Shown here one piece after another: positions 18,677-28,439 of a DNA stretch of 59,683 nt (position 1 is its first letter; the number at the start of each line of letters is the position of its first letter). The position numbers and the translations under genes are program-made. Source of the stretch: Acidimicrobiia bacterium (GTDB lineage Bacteria; Actinomycetota; Acidimicrobiia; IMCC26256; PALSA-555); contig JBCKKA010000003.1 in NCBI GenBank assembly GCA_038904515.1, forward strand, positions 1 to 59,683, in the 5' to 3' direction. The notes beneath the pieces were generated by a model. It was not told where the DNA came from and ran no database searches. It saw only the letters and a list, made by a program, of their open reading frames with translations.

Positions 18677-20967
18677 TGGCCCCTAAGCCTGATTTCGGCG
18701 GTGTAATCGGTCCGTCGTGGCGCGAGTCGACTCCGTGGTGGCCACCCGATCCAGTTGTTCCCACCAATGCCCCCAACATCGTGGTCGTTGTGCTTGACGA
18801 TGTCGGTTATGCCCAACTCGGTTGTTACGGATCGGATATTTCTACTCCCAACATTGATGCGGTAGCCGCGGACGGCATTCAACTGGCAAATTTTCACACA
18901 ACTGGGTTGTGCTCACCCACGCGCGCCTGCGTTTTAACTGGCCGTAATCATCACTCCAACGCAATGGGTCGCATCGCCGATTTAGCGTTGGGTTATCCCG
19001 GCTACTTCGGCGATATTCCGCGTGAAAATGGTTTCTTGGCCGAGATACTGGCCGAGCATGGTTACGCATCGGTGGCGATAGGGAAGTGGCACTTAACTCC
19101 CGAAGACGAAACTCATGCCGCGGCGTCGCGCGAATCATGGCCGTGTGGTCGTGGTTTTCAGAGGTGGTACGGATTTCACGGTGGCGAAGTGCATCAGTTC
19201 GTACCCACGCTTTGGCAGGACAACACCGCGGTGGAGCCACCCGCTCGTCCCGAATCCGGCTATCACCTCAGTGAAGATTTAGCCGATCGGGCAATTCGTT
19301 ACCTCGGCGAAATCCGTTCCGCCGAGCCCGACAAGCCGTTCTTCGCTTACTTTGCCACCGGCGCGTGCCATTCGCCCCATCATGCGCCTACTGAATGGAT
19401 TGATCGGTACCGCGGCCAATTCGATGCGGGGTGGGATGTATGGCGTGAGCAAACATTTGCTCGTCAGCAAGCCACGGGCTTGGTGTCGTCTGAGACCAAA
19501 CTTGCGCCGAGACCGGAATGGGTTCCGGAGTGGGAATCACTTAAACCCGAAGACCAAGCGGTAGCGGCGCGTTTTATGGAGTGCTTCGCCGGATTTCTTT
19601 CGCACGCCGACGCCCAGATCGGACGGGTTTTAGATTTCATCGACCAACTTGGTGAAACCGACAACACGATCGTTTTGGTTATGTCCGACAATGGCGCGAG
19701 TGCTGAAGGAGGCATGAAAGGTTCGATCAACGACGCGCGCATTCATAACGGTGCGCCCGCGGGGCGACGAGAATTGCGCGAACGCATAAACGAAATCGGT
19801 ACCGCTAGCGCGCATAATAATTATCCTTGGGGGTGGACTATGGCCGGCAACACTCCGTTGCGACGTTGGAAACGAGAAGTACACGAAGGTGGAGTAGCCG
19901 ACCCGTGTGTTATGCGCTGGCCCCGTGGCATCTCGGCGGGCGGTGGAATACGGCACCAGTTCGCTCACGCCATCGACATTTTGCCCACTCTGCTCGATCT
20001 TGTTGGGGTAAGTGCACCTACCGAACTTCGGGGCGTTCAACAAACGCCAATTGAAGGAACCAGTTTTTCTTATTTGCTAAATAACGGCAACGCTCCCGGA
20101 CGGCACACAACGCAATATTTTGAAATATTCGGCAGTCGCGCCATTTATCACGACGGTTGGAAGGCCGTTACCTTCAAGCCGCTTGGTCATATGTACGACG
20201 ATGGGATCGATCCCGACGCGCCGTTCGAAGATGATGTTTGGGAGCTTTACCATGTCGCCAAAGATTTTTCCGAGTGCACCGATTTAGCTGCGAGCGAGCC
20301 TGATCGACTTGGGGTCATGGTCGAGCGATGGTGGGAAGAGGCGCGCCAGCATCAGGTATTGCCGCTTGATAATCGACCGCTGGCCGCGTTGCTCAACCCC
20401 CGCCGTCCGTTTGCCGCCGCTCGCCGCGCGGTGTTTTGGCCCGGCGGCGAAGTGCTCCCTGAGCAAGTAGGGATAAGCGTTTATCGCCGCAACCACACCA
20501 TTACGGCCCCGATTTTGGTCAGCGATGATTTGCCTCCCGAAGGGGTGTTGTTGGCTCTCGGTACCGTTCTCGGCGGTTGGTCGTTGCATATCCTCAACGG
20601 TCGTTTGCGCTACGCAAGTAATTACTTAGGGCGCGATGTCACCGTGATTGAAACTGAAAAACTTATTACTGCCGGCGAACATCTAATCGAGTTTTCGTTT
20701 ATAGCGGAAGGTGAAGGGGGCACGGTAACGCTCTCGGTTGATGGTGAGTTAGTTGGTAGTGGAACGATTGAGCGGGTGACCCTTTATCGGCATTCAATTT
20801 CGGGTGCGGGCTATACCTGCGGATGGGAACAAGGACCCGCAGTTGGCTCGGGCTACTCGGCTCCGTTCCGATGCACCGCGCAGATCCAAAAAGTCATCGT
20901 TGAGACAGAAGGACCGATGGTGCACGAACCCGAAGCCGAGTTCGCGGCAATTATGGCCGAACAATAA
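18676..20967 (+). CDS. Cys-type arylsulfatase (large AtsA-like)
   Basis: Motifs seen: VVVLDDVGYAQLGCYGS and the formylglycine motif CSPTRACVLTGRNHH. The start overlaps the P450 stop by 1 nt (TAATG). Confidence 0.9.
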   Translation: MAPKPDFGGVIGPSWRESTPWWPPDPVVPTNAPNIVVVVLDDVGYAQLGCYGSDISTPNIDAVAADGIQLANFHTTGLCSPTRACVLTGRNHHSNAMGRIADLALGYPGYFGDIPRENGFLAEILAEHGYASVAIGKWHLTPEDETHAAASRESWPCGRGFQRWYGFHGGEVHQFVPTLWQDNTAVEPPARPESGYHLSEDLADRAIRYLGEIRSAEPDKPFFAYFATGACHSPHHAPTEWIDRYRGQFDAGWDVWREQTFARQQATGLVSSETKLAPRPEWVPEWESLKPEDQAVAARFMECFAGFLSHADAQIGRVLDFIDQLGETDNTIVLVMSDNGASAEGGMKGSINDARIHNGAPAGRRELRERINEIGTASAHNNYPWGWTMAGNTPLRRWKREVHEGGVADPCVMRWPRGISAGGGIRHQFAHAIDILPTLLDLVGVSAPTELRGVQQTPIEGTSFSYLLNNGNAPGRHTTQYFEIFGSRAIYHDGWKAVTFKPLGHMYDDGIDPDAPFEDDVWELYHVAKDFSECTDLAASEPDRLGVMVERWWEEARQHQVLPLDNRPLAALLNPRRPFAAARRAVFWPGGEVLPEQVGISVYRRNHTITAPILVSDDLPPEGVLLALGTVLGGWSLHILNGRLRYASNYLGRDVTVIETEKLITAGEHLIEFSFIAEGEGGTVTLSVDGELVGSGTIERVTLYRHSISGAGYTCGWEQGPAVGSGYSAPFRCTAQIQKVIVETEGPMVHEPEAEFAAIMAEQ

Positions 20968-20979
20968 TTCTGTATTTAT

Positions 20980-22203
20980 TTAGATTCGGTCGAGTTCCAA
21001 CATTTTGATGGCATTGCCCCGTAAAACTTTGTAGGTAACTTCATCGTCGAGATCGGCCACCATTTTTTCCGCGTACTCACGCGAGTAGGGCCACGTAGTG
21101 TCGGTGTGGGGGTAGTCGGTTTCGAAACAGATGTTGTCTTCACCTACCAAGTCGAGGTTCTTGAGACCCACTCGATCGGCGGTGAAACAGCCAAAGATAC
21201 GCCCGTAGTAATAACTCGACGGTGGGTTAGGAATGCGATCCTTGGAGTGCTGCCACGAATCGTGTTGGTCCCATACGGTGTCGGCTCGTTCGAGCGCGTA
21301 AGGAATCCAGCCGATTTGACCTTCGGAATAAGCCAGCTTGAGCTTGGGGAACTCAATGAGCTTGCCCGAAAATAAATAATCGGCCATCGACGCCATTGAG
21401 TTGTTAAATGCCAGCGTGCCGCCCACGCCAGCCGGAGAGTCGGGTGAAGCGATCGGATCAGTCGACGACGAGCCGATGTGCATAGCGAGAGTTACTCCGG
21501 TGTCATTACACGCAGCAAAGACTGGATCCCAATGACCGGTGTGAATACTTGGCAGTCCTAAACGAGTAGGAAGTTCGGAGAAACAAAACGCGCGCACGCC
21601 CCGTTCGGCGTTGCGAAGAATTTCTGCTGTCGCCAACTCAACATCCCATAACGGCATCAAGCATAACGGAATGTTTACGCCGTTAGATGGTTCACAAAAT
21701 TCTTCGACCATCCAATCGTTGTAAGCCTTAACACACGCGAGACCAAGGTCTTTATCTTCGGCTTCAAAAAATGTTTGTCCACAAAAACGTGGAAATGTAG
21801 GAAACGGAAGCGAACCGTCAACCCAGTTGCGCTCAAATTCGACCATGCGCGCGTCGCGATCGTAACAACCTGGCCGCATTTCGTCGTAAGTGAGTGCTTC
21901 CATCACCATTTTGGTTCGGTCGAATTTTGTAATGTCGCCGTCGGGAGTGGCGTCGAGCGGAATTGCCACAAAACGCTTGTGCACATAGATCAAGCGATCT
22001 TCGAAAATCCACGCATCGCCCCACATGCCGTTTGGGTCTTCAGGGTTTACATACTTAGCTCCGGGCTTAAGGCTAAAAGTTCCCCAACGCTTGCGCTCGA
22101 TGCGCGGACCTTTCTCGCGGTACTTTTCTGGCAGCCAGGTTTGCCATACGTGCGGAGGCTCTACAACATGGTCGTCGACGCTGATGATCTTGGGAATAGG
22201 CAT
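20980..22203 (-). CDS. amidohydrolase-2 family metal-dependent hydrolase (ACMSD-like)
   Basis: I trimmed to the ATG at 22201-22203 (MPIPKIISVDDHVVEPPHVW, the HxH-type metal motif at the N-terminus). Later motifs LAMHIGS and CFETDYPH also fit. Confidence 0.75.
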   Translation of the reverse strand: MPIPKIISVDDHVVEPPHVWQTWLPEKYREKGPRIERKRWGTFSLKPGAKYVNPEDPNGMWGDAWIFEDRLIYVHKRFVAIPLDATPDGDITKFDRTKMVMEALTYDEMRPGCYDRDARMVEFERNWVDGSLPFPTFPRFCGQTFFEAEDKDLGLACVKAYNDWMVEEFCEPSNGVNIPLCLMPLWDVELATAEILRNAERGVRAFCFSELPTRLGLPSIHTGHWDPVFAACNDTGVTLAMHIGSSSTDPIASPDSPAGVGGTLAFNNSMASMADYLFSGKLIEFPKLKLAYSEGQIGWIPYALERADTVWDQHDSWQHSKDRIPNPPSSYYYGRIFGCFTADRVGLKNLDLVGEDNICFETDYPHTDTTWPYSREYAEKMVADLDDEVTYKVLRGNAIKMLELDRI

Positions 22204-22332
22204 AAGAACCCCCGTGGCTTGGCTGACGTTCGTGTCAGGTACACGGTAGCGGTCGGAGCGGGGTTGCGGGAGGCCGGAGCCGGCGACTGGTTGAGGCTGG
22301 GCTTGCCGGCATTTTACTGGAATGATATCGGG

Positions 22333-23073
22333 ATGGGCTTCTTTTCCGATTTTCAGGCCAAACGGGCCGCCAAGCGGGTACAACGGGCCGCCGACCGAGC
22401 CGCGCAAGTGGCGAAACGCGCCGCGGCGACGCACGCGACGGCGCTAGTTGCGTGGCAAGAAGATGTTGATGAACTGGCCGCCATGATCGATTTGGCTCAA
22501 GCTGGTTCCGCCGGAACCCGGATTGACGACCTCGATACCGGGATTGTTCTTAAAAAGGGTGAAGCGATGGTAGCGGTGTACGAAAAAGCAGTTTTGATCG
22601 AGCCGCGTCGCCAGCCGGGACACTACACCGGTGGTTACCAAGGATTTTCTTTTCGAGTAGCTAAAGGAATGCGTTACAACGTGGGTGGGTCGCGGGGAAA
22701 GTTTGTACCGGGAAACGAATTACCGACTTCAATCGATGTCGGCAAACTCGCGATAACTACCCAGAGAGTGGTGTTCCAAGGCGCGAACAGTGCTCGCGAA
22801 TGGGCGTTTGCCAAAATGTTAGGCATGACTCACGACGAATCTCATCCGATTACAACTATGGCGGTATCGAACCGGCAAAAAGTTTCTGGCATCGGTTACG
22901 ACCAAGAGCATTGTGCCGCGCTGCGCTTTCGCCTTGAGTTAGCTAGAGCGATTTTTCAAGGTGATACCCAGAGTTTGGTAAAGGAGATGCAAGGCGAGTT
23001 GTCGGTACTGAAAACCAAAAACCCGGTTGCCCCCGCCGCACCGGCACTCCCTCCGGCAGGGCCTAACTCTTAA
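22333..23073 (+). CDS. hypothetical protein (possible bacterial PH-like domain)
   Basis: Only the part of ORF 21775..23073 downstream of the amidohydrolase start is credible. The first ATG is at 22333, and in-frame TTG codons at 22291 and 22303 are alternatives. The core LKKGEAMV...GGYQGFSFRVAKGMRYNVGGSRG...ITTQRVVFQG is reminiscent of bPH domains. That call is low confidence. Confidence 0.4.
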   Translation: MGFFSDFQAKRAAKRVQRAADRAAQVAKRAAATHATALVAWQEDVDELAAMIDLAQAGSAGTRIDDLDTGIVLKKGEAMVAVYEKAVLIEPRRQPGHYTGGYQGFSFRVAKGMRYNVGGSRGKFVPGNELPTSIDVGKLAITTQRVVFQGANSAREWAFAKMLGMTHDESHPITTMAVSNRQKVSGIGYDQEHCAALRFRLELARAIFQGDTQSLVKEMQGELSVLKTKNPVAPAAPALPPAGPNS

Positions 23074-23305
23074 CCATCGAATGCTTCTTTCTAACGCGAC
23101 GCGCATAAGCACCATTGATCGCCGCCGAGGACATTTTTTGCCATACCGTGATGTTGCCGCGTTTACTCGGGCTTAGTCGAAAGCAGGATTACTAGGCTTC
23201 TGGCGCTTTAGTAAGTGGTGGTTCAACTGAATCGGTTTTAACTATTAGAGTTTGATTACTACAGCCCAGAAATCAATATCATTTATGAACGACTAGTGGG
23301 GGATA

Positions 23306-25735
23306 GTGACTAAGACGACCGTGACGACCGTCGATTCGAACCGTCGAGGCTATTACGTTGATATTTTTTTAGTTAGCTTCGCGGCACTTTTGCTTGAGAT
23401 TAGCTATACCCGAATTATTTCGTTCAAACTTTTCTATTATTACACCTATCTAGTCATCGGGTTATCCCTGCTAGGAATTGGTGCGGGCGGGGTAATAGTG
23501 GCCATTTCGAAACGCATTCGCGATGCGTCTACCGACGCGGTATTACTGTGGAGTTCTCTCATCGCGGCGGCAAGCGTTGGTGTTGGCTATTGCGTAGTCG
23601 CAGTTACCAGTTTCGATACATTCGCCGTTTGGGACTACGGAACTTGGTCATCGTTCACCAATGTGGCCCGTCTTCTAGTCATCTGTTTGGCACTTTTCAC
23701 CGCTTTCGTGGCCATTGGCGTAGTGATCGCTACTCTGTTCGCTCGGCGTCCCGATCGCATCGGCCGTTTATATTTTGCCGACCTAATCGGCGCCGGCATC
23801 GCTTGTGCACTGGCGGTTGCATTATTGGGATCAATTGGTCCGCCCGCCACAATTTTTTTGGCGGGCGCAGTACTCGCCTTAGTCGGTGCTCGCATCGCTG
23901 GTCGCTTGCGCTCGCGAGCCTTCCTAGTAGCCATAGCGCTGATGGTGGTGTTACTAGTTGCGGTAATCAAACCGTCCGTGCTTCCCGAGCAACGCCTCGA
24001 GGCAAGCAAGTTGCAGTTCACCGAAGCCGATACGGCCTATTCATCGTGGAGTCCATTATTTAGAGTCGATGTATTCCGGACACCAGGCGGCAATCTCGGC
24101 CTTTACCATGATGGTCTTTTAGGCTCGGAGATGAATAAGTACAACGGTGATCTCAAAACTCTCGGTCGATTCGATCAGAACCCGCGTTCGTTTCCGTTCG
24201 CAATTTTGAGTGCACCACCCGAAAAAGTATTAATCATTGGGGCCGCAGCGGGCCACGAAATTCTTGCTTCTCTTTATTTTCGCGCCGGCCATATCGATGC
24301 CGTGGAATTAAATCCGGTTACTTACAATTTGCTAACCAATGTATTCGCCAAGCTTTCGGGCAACATCGCGCAGGATCCAAAAGTAAATTATGTAAATGAT
24401 GAAGGCCGTTCGTACCTTGCCCGACAAGACGGCAAGTTTGATCTGATTTGGTATCCCGCACCCGATAGTTATTCGGCTTCCAACGCGGCGTCGGCGGGAG
24501 CGTTCGTTCTCTCCGAGAGTTATCTTTATACTGCGGAGGCGATCAAAGACAGTCTTGAGCATTTGCGCGGTGACGGAATAGTCGCCGCACAGTTTGGTGA
24601 ATTCAACTATGCCACTCAACCAAATCGCACTACTCGTTATGTAGCCACTTCTCGCCAAGCTCTTGCTGATCTCGGTATTCACAATCCTGCTCGTCATTTT
24701 GTGGTGGTAAGGAATACCGACCCCATCGCCAACACGCTGTCGACAGTATTGGTAAAACGAGCACCCTTTACCCGAACTGAAATCAGCGCTCTCGAAAAAA
24801 GTGTTGCTGCCGTACCCGGCTCGACCTTGGTGTACGCCCCTTACCGCGTGGGCGACGGCAGCCCGCCCGCTCAGTTGATTACCACGCCGGAGAAAAAACT
24901 GGACGCGTGGTACGGCTCTTACCCATTTGATGTACGACCAGTAACCGACAACAAACCTTTCTTTTGGCATTTCACCCAGTTCGATTCAGTTGCTACCGAC
25001 CTAGCCGAGCCGATCTCTCGTACTGATCGTGAGATTCAAGTAGGTGAGCGCGTGCTCCTGCTGCTGCTGCTGGTCTCAGTGCTTTTTGCGGCAATATTCC
25101 TATTGCTTCCGTTCATTGCCATTCGCAAAATATGGGGAGAGTTGCATCGTAAGTCGACTGCGGCATTGTATTTTTCTGCCCTTGGGCTGGGATTTATTTT
25201 CTTTGAGATAACGCTTATGCAGCGACTAACGCTGTTCCTCGGTTTTCCAACCTATTCGCTCACCGTGACGCTGGGGTCGATTCTCATCTTTACTGGGATT
25301 GGCGCGCTGCTAAGTACGCGCTATGAGCATCATCGCAGTCGAGTAGTCAAAATTTTGATTGCCGTACTCGCGGCTCTCACGATTTTTTATCTGTTTGCGC
25401 TTGCGCCGATTACCAGCAGTTTGCTTGGGATTCCTCTTGCCGGTCGTATTCTTTTTGCGATTGCGGTACTGGCTCCATTGGGAGTATGTCTTGGAGCGTT
25501 CATGCCTCTCGGACTCGGTGTGGTGAGCGGTTTGAGCACTCACCCTCAGCAGTATGTGGCTTGGAGCTGGGCGGTCAATGGTTTTGCATCAGTCGTAGGA
25601 TCGGTTTTGAGCACGATTTTGGCCATGACGTTCGGGCTTAACGCGATTTTGGTTATCGCTTTCGTTCTTTATATAGTTGCGCTCATCGCTTTACGAACGA
25701 TGTTGCGCCCACTTCTAGTTCCAACTTCAAACTAA
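23306..25735 (+). CDS. polytopic membrane protein with a central spermidine-synthase-like (class I MTase fold) domain
   Basis: About 7 predicted TM helices lie at each end. The central soluble domain carries VLIIGAAAGHEILASL...IDAVELNP. The GTG start follows GGGGGA. Confidence 0.7.
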   Translation: MTKTTVTTVDSNRRGYYVDIFLVSFAALLLEISYTRIISFKLFYYYTYLVIGLSLLGIGAGGVIVAISKRIRDASTDAVLLWSSLIAAASVGVGYCVVAVTSFDTFAVWDYGTWSSFTNVARLLVICLALFTAFVAIGVVIATLFARRPDRIGRLYFADLIGAGIACALAVALLGSIGPPATIFLAGAVLALVGARIAGRLRSRAFLVAIALMVVLLVAVIKPSVLPEQRLEASKLQFTEADTAYSSWSPLFRVDVFRTPGGNLGLYHDGLLGSEMNKYNGDLKTLGRFDQNPRSFPFAILSAPPEKVLIIGAAAGHEILASLYFRAGHIDAVELNPVTYNLLTNVFAKLSGNIAQDPKVNYVNDEGRSYLARQDGKFDLIWYPAPDSYSASNAASAGAFVLSESYLYTAEAIKDSLEHLRGDGIVAAQFGEFNYATQPNRTTRYVATSRQALADLGIHNPARHFVVVRNTDPIANTLSTVLVKRAPFTRTEISALEKSVAAVPGSTLVYAPYRVGDGSPPAQLITTPEKKLDAWYGSYPFDVRPVTDNKPFFWHFTQFDSVATDLAEPISRTDREIQVGERVLLLLLLVSVLFAAIFLLLPFIAIRKIWGELHRKSTAALYFSALGLGFIFFEITLMQRLTLFLGFPTYSLTVTLGSILIFTGIGALLSTRYEHHRSRVVKILIAVLAALTIFYLFALAPITSSLLGIPLAGRILFAIAVLAPLGVCLGAFMPLGLGVVSGLSTHPQQYVAWSWAVNGFASVVGSVLSTILAMTFGLNAILVIAFVLYIVALIALRTMLRPLLVPTSN

Positions 25736-25800
25736 TTTCCATCATCGACACAAAAGCGCGGGTGAGAGCCTCATTCGAACCGAATGGGGCGGTTATACGG

Positions 25801-26469
25801 CTATTCGAACGAAGGCGTTGAGCGTAGCGATCGCTTCAACTCCGCGAACCCCGGCACCGCGGCCATTGTGCGCACTGCGTCCCAGAGTCGTACCGCCTCG
25901 GCCCCGCGCGGGATTGTGGCCATCACGGGACCAAAAAGTGAATTTTCAGTATCGGTATCGGGAGTAAAGGTGAGAATAGGAGTTCCCACATCTTTACCGG
26001 TTCGACTTAACGCGAGCTCGGTTTCGCTCTGCACGATCTTGTCGTAGGAGTCGTCGTCGGCCGCGTCGGCTAAGTCGGGGTTGAGCCCACAGGACGAAAT
26101 TGATTCGGTGATCAGGGTACGGCGCAGCTGAGTCATGTCGACTTCGAGATTTTTGGCAATACTTGCACTCAATCCATTGGTGTGGATGCGAGTCCCGAGT
26201 TCGGTATACAAATTGGCGACGGCGGCGTTGCCATCGGTGGCCCTAGTGGCCGCACAAACCTTTAGCAGATCAAACCCAAGCCCGTGTACTGACGGGTAGT
26301 AGGGCGGAAAGTCGGCTTCATAATCTCGGTCTTTGTTGACAACCCAAAGCGAGATAAATTTCCAATCAACCTGATAGTCGGTCTGATTTACTACCTCCGT
26401 TACCCAACGACTGGTAATCCACGCCCACGGACACACCGGATCAAAGAAGAAATCAAGGTCATGAGCCAT
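25801..26469 (-). CDS. DsbA-like thioredoxin-fold protein, homologue of mycobacterial Rv2466c (mycothiol-dependent reductase)
   Basis: FFFDPVCPWAWITSRWVTEV and C-terminal GKDVGTPILTF...LFGPVMATIPRGAEAVRLWDAV...FAELKRS align by eye with my memory of Rv2466c (FDPLCPWCWITSRW ... GEDVGTPTI ... FFGPVLSKIPRGEEAGKLWD). Confidence 0.7.
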   Translation of the reverse strand: MAHDLDFFFDPVCPWAWITSRWVTEVVNQTDYQVDWKFISLWVVNKDRDYEADFPPYYPSVHGLGFDLLKVCAATRATDGNAAVANLYTELGTRIHTNGLSASIAKNLEVDMTQLRRTLITESISSCGLNPDLADAADDDSYDKIVQSETELALSRTGKDVGTPILTFTPDTDTENSLFGPVMATIPRGAEAVRLWDAVRTMAAVPGFAELKRSLRSTPSFE

Positions 26470-26489
26470 CAGCCAACAGTAACAGCCCC

Positions 26490-26520
26490 GATTGTCGACT
26501 CTGATTGTCGGCTCTGATTA
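26490..26520. repeat. 13-bp tandem repeat GATTGTCGRCTCT x2.4
   Basis: Read directly from the sequence. It lies in the divergent intergenic region between 26469 and 26608. Confidence 0.8.
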
Positions 26521-26607
26521 TCCACCTAGATCAGCGGTTACTGTCATACCCTAAACAGAATCAAGAAAAGTTTTAAATAGTTGACGCAAGCTAACGGGGA
26601 GGAATTG

Positions 26608-27090
26608 ATGAAAAAACTGTCAGCAAAATTAGGAAAGCGCCGGTTTATCGGCATGATTCTGTTGTTGGGCTGGGCGACAACAATGACGCTTATCGCCATT
26701 ACCAACCTTACTGATTTATTTTATTCATTTGGCTGGCTAAGTTGGCCGTTTCGCTCCAACAACGTTGAATTTCTTGGTAAGGCCACTTCGCAGTACACCT
26801 CGAGCGAGACTCTGAGCCAGTGGCTACTGGGCGTCATAGTCATTGGCCAATTCGTGATCGTGGCCTTACTTTGGCGGGCGGTACGGGCGTGGAAAATTAA
26901 TAAATCAAACGCAACTCGTGCTGCTCGTGCGGCCCTATCTCTGCTCGCCGCTCAGTGGCTCGCGTTCTACATCGGCATTGAAATATTCGTGTCTTATAGG
27001 GTCGGGGTGTCGAACACCTGGGCAACCACTGAACTAGTCGCCACGCTCGCCTCCATTTTGGTGATTGAATTGGTTGGCGATCCCGACTGA
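26608..27090 (+). CDS. small integral membrane protein (4 predicted TM), function unknown
   Basis: The ATG at 26608 follows GGAGGAATTG. Four hydrophobic segments are visible. Confidence 0.5.
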   Translation: MKKLSAKLGKRRFIGMILLLGWATTMTLIAITNLTDLFYSFGWLSWPFRSNNVEFLGKATSQYTSSETLSQWLLGVIVIGQFVIVALLWRAVRAWKINKSNATRAARAALSLLAAQWLAFYIGIEIFVSYRVGVSNTWATTELVATLASILVIELVGDPD

Positions 27091-27102
27091 TTTCGAGTTC
27101 AG

Positions 27103-27753
27103 TTAGGCCGAACTGATTAGATAAAAGTTCATAGCAAAAAATGCCACGCCTGCAGCTACGCCGAGGGTGTGCCACAACTCGTGATAGCCAAACCATTTGG
27201 GCCAGCCCTTGGGTTTTTGTTGAAAAAATAAAATCGCTCCGATGGTGTAAACCGCTCCCCCCACTCCCCCCAATATAAGAATTCCTGGGCGTGACCACAA
27301 CCCGGGAAGGGCAATTATTGCCAGCCACCCCATTGCTAAGTAAAGCGCGCTACCGAGCTTGGGGAATCGTTCAAGCGCGCTTACTTTGAGAAAAATTCCG
27401 ACTAGAGCAACAATCCAAACTGCGGCTAGCAAAAACCATCGGCCGGTGCCGGTTAGCGCGAGCATGCATACCGGAGTGTAGGTACCCGCAATGAGCACGA
27501 AAATCATGGAGTGATCAATGCGACGCATAATCCGTTGGGCTTTAGGGCTATGCGCGAGTAAGTGATAAGACGAACTCACGCCGTAAAGCAATACTCCGGC
27601 AAATCCGTAGATAATTGCCGCGATTAGCGCGGTGGGCGTTGACGCTACTGCGACGAGGGCGATCAATCCCACTACCGAGGCAACGGCAGCCGCGAGATGG
27701 ATTACCCCTCGTAAGTGCGGTCGAACTCGACCGTGTACATCAAGCCTTTCCAT
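27103..27753 (-). CDS. hemolysin III / PAQR family membrane protein
   Basis: It has 7 hydrophobic segments. Motifs seen: SSSYHLL, DHSMIFVLIAGTYTP and HELWHTLGVAAGVAFF. I trimmed to the ATG at 27751-27753. Confidence 0.85.
   Translation of the reverse strand: MERLDVHGRVRPHLRGVIHLAAAVASVVGLIALVAVASTPTALIAAIIYGFAGVLLYGVSSSYHLLAHSPKAQRIMRRIDHSMIFVLIAGTYTPVCMLALTGTGRWFLLAAVWIVALVGIFLKVSALERFPKLGSALYLAMGWLAIIALPGLWSRPGILILGGVGGAVYTIGAILFFQQKPKGWPKWFGYHELWHTLGVAAGVAFFAMNFYLISSA
27640..27714. repeat. direct repeat copy A (75 nt), inside the hemolysin-III 5-prime coding region
   Basis: 70 of 75 positions are identical to 28379-28453 in my hand alignment, with 5 substitutions and no gaps. A second short repeat, AAAGAGTTACCAGCC, occurs at 27799-27813 and again at 28452-28466. 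Confidence 0.9.
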
Positions 27754-27839
27754 CCCTGCAGTCTCGCAGGCCTTGAGCACAAAGAGTGAACTCAACTAAA
27801 AGAGTTACCAGCCACGCGTTAAGCGGTGATAATGGGGCG

Positions 27840-28439
27840 ATGACGGGAGACGGCGAGCAGTACCAGGAGCGCTTCGACGCGCTGGCCGCGTCCGGAGTTG
27901 CCATGCACGGCGAGGTCGATTTTGTGATGACACTCGCTCCGGCGTCCGTCCTCGATGCCGGGTGCGGGACGGGGCGGGTCGCCCAGGAGCTCGACCGTCG
28001 CGGGGTCGACGTCGTCGGGGTCGATGCCGATGAGTCGATGATCGCGGTCGCCCGCCGTCGTCGACCCGACCTGTCCTGGCTCGTCGCCGATCTCGGCAAC
28101 CTCGACCTCGGGCGCCGATTCGATGTCGTCGTGATGGCCGGAAACGTCCCGATCTTCACGCCGCCGGGAACGCAGCCGGCCCTCGTCGCCGGATGCGCCC
28201 GCCACGTCGTACCCGGAGGACTGCTGGTCTGCGGGTTCCAGCTCGGCCGCGGGTACGACGTGCATGCCTACGATGACGACTGCCGGGCAGTCGGACTCGA
28301 GCTCGTGGAACGGTGGTCGACCTGGGAGCATGCCGCGTTCCCCGGCGACGGGACGTACGCGGTGTCGGTGCACCGCGCTGACGCTACTGCGACGAGGGCG
28401 ACCAATCCCACTACCGAGGAAACGGCGGCCGCAAGATGA
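27840..28439 (+). CDS. class I SAM-dependent methyltransferase, compositionally foreign
   Basis: Motif I is VLDAGCGTGRVAQEL, with post-I VVGVDADESMI. Hand counts give 42/60 GC at 27841-27900 and 44/60 at 28141-28200. The flanks give 31/60 at 27481-27540 and 30/60 at 28501-28560. Long antisense ORFs typical of high-GC DNA appear only here. Confidence 0.8.
   Translation: MTGDGEQYQERFDALAASGVAMHGEVDFVMTLAPASVLDAGCGTGRVAQELDRRGVDVVGVDADESMIAVARRRRPDLSWLVADLGNLDLGRRFDVVVMAGNVPIFTPPGTQPALVAGCARHVVPGGLLVCGFQLGRGYDVHAYDDDCRAVGLELVERWSTWEHAAFPGDGTYAVSVHRADATATRATNPTTEETAAAR

Noticed and set aside
18340-18897. A 185-aa minus-strand ORF spanning the P450/sulfatase junction.
   Set aside because: It is antisense to two strongly supported genes and its composition is Arg/Ser-rich and non-protein-like.
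21775-22332. First 186 codons of the 432-aa plus-strand ORF 21775..23073.
   Set aside because: This part is entirely antisense to the well-supported amidohydrolase gene (20980..22203) and has no protein-like features. Only the part downstream of 22291-22333 is kept.
24332-24970. A 212-aa minus-strand ORF inside the 809-aa membrane/spermidine-synthase-like gene.
   Set aside because: It is fully embedded antisense in a gene with clear TM and MTase-fold features, and it has no motif of its own.
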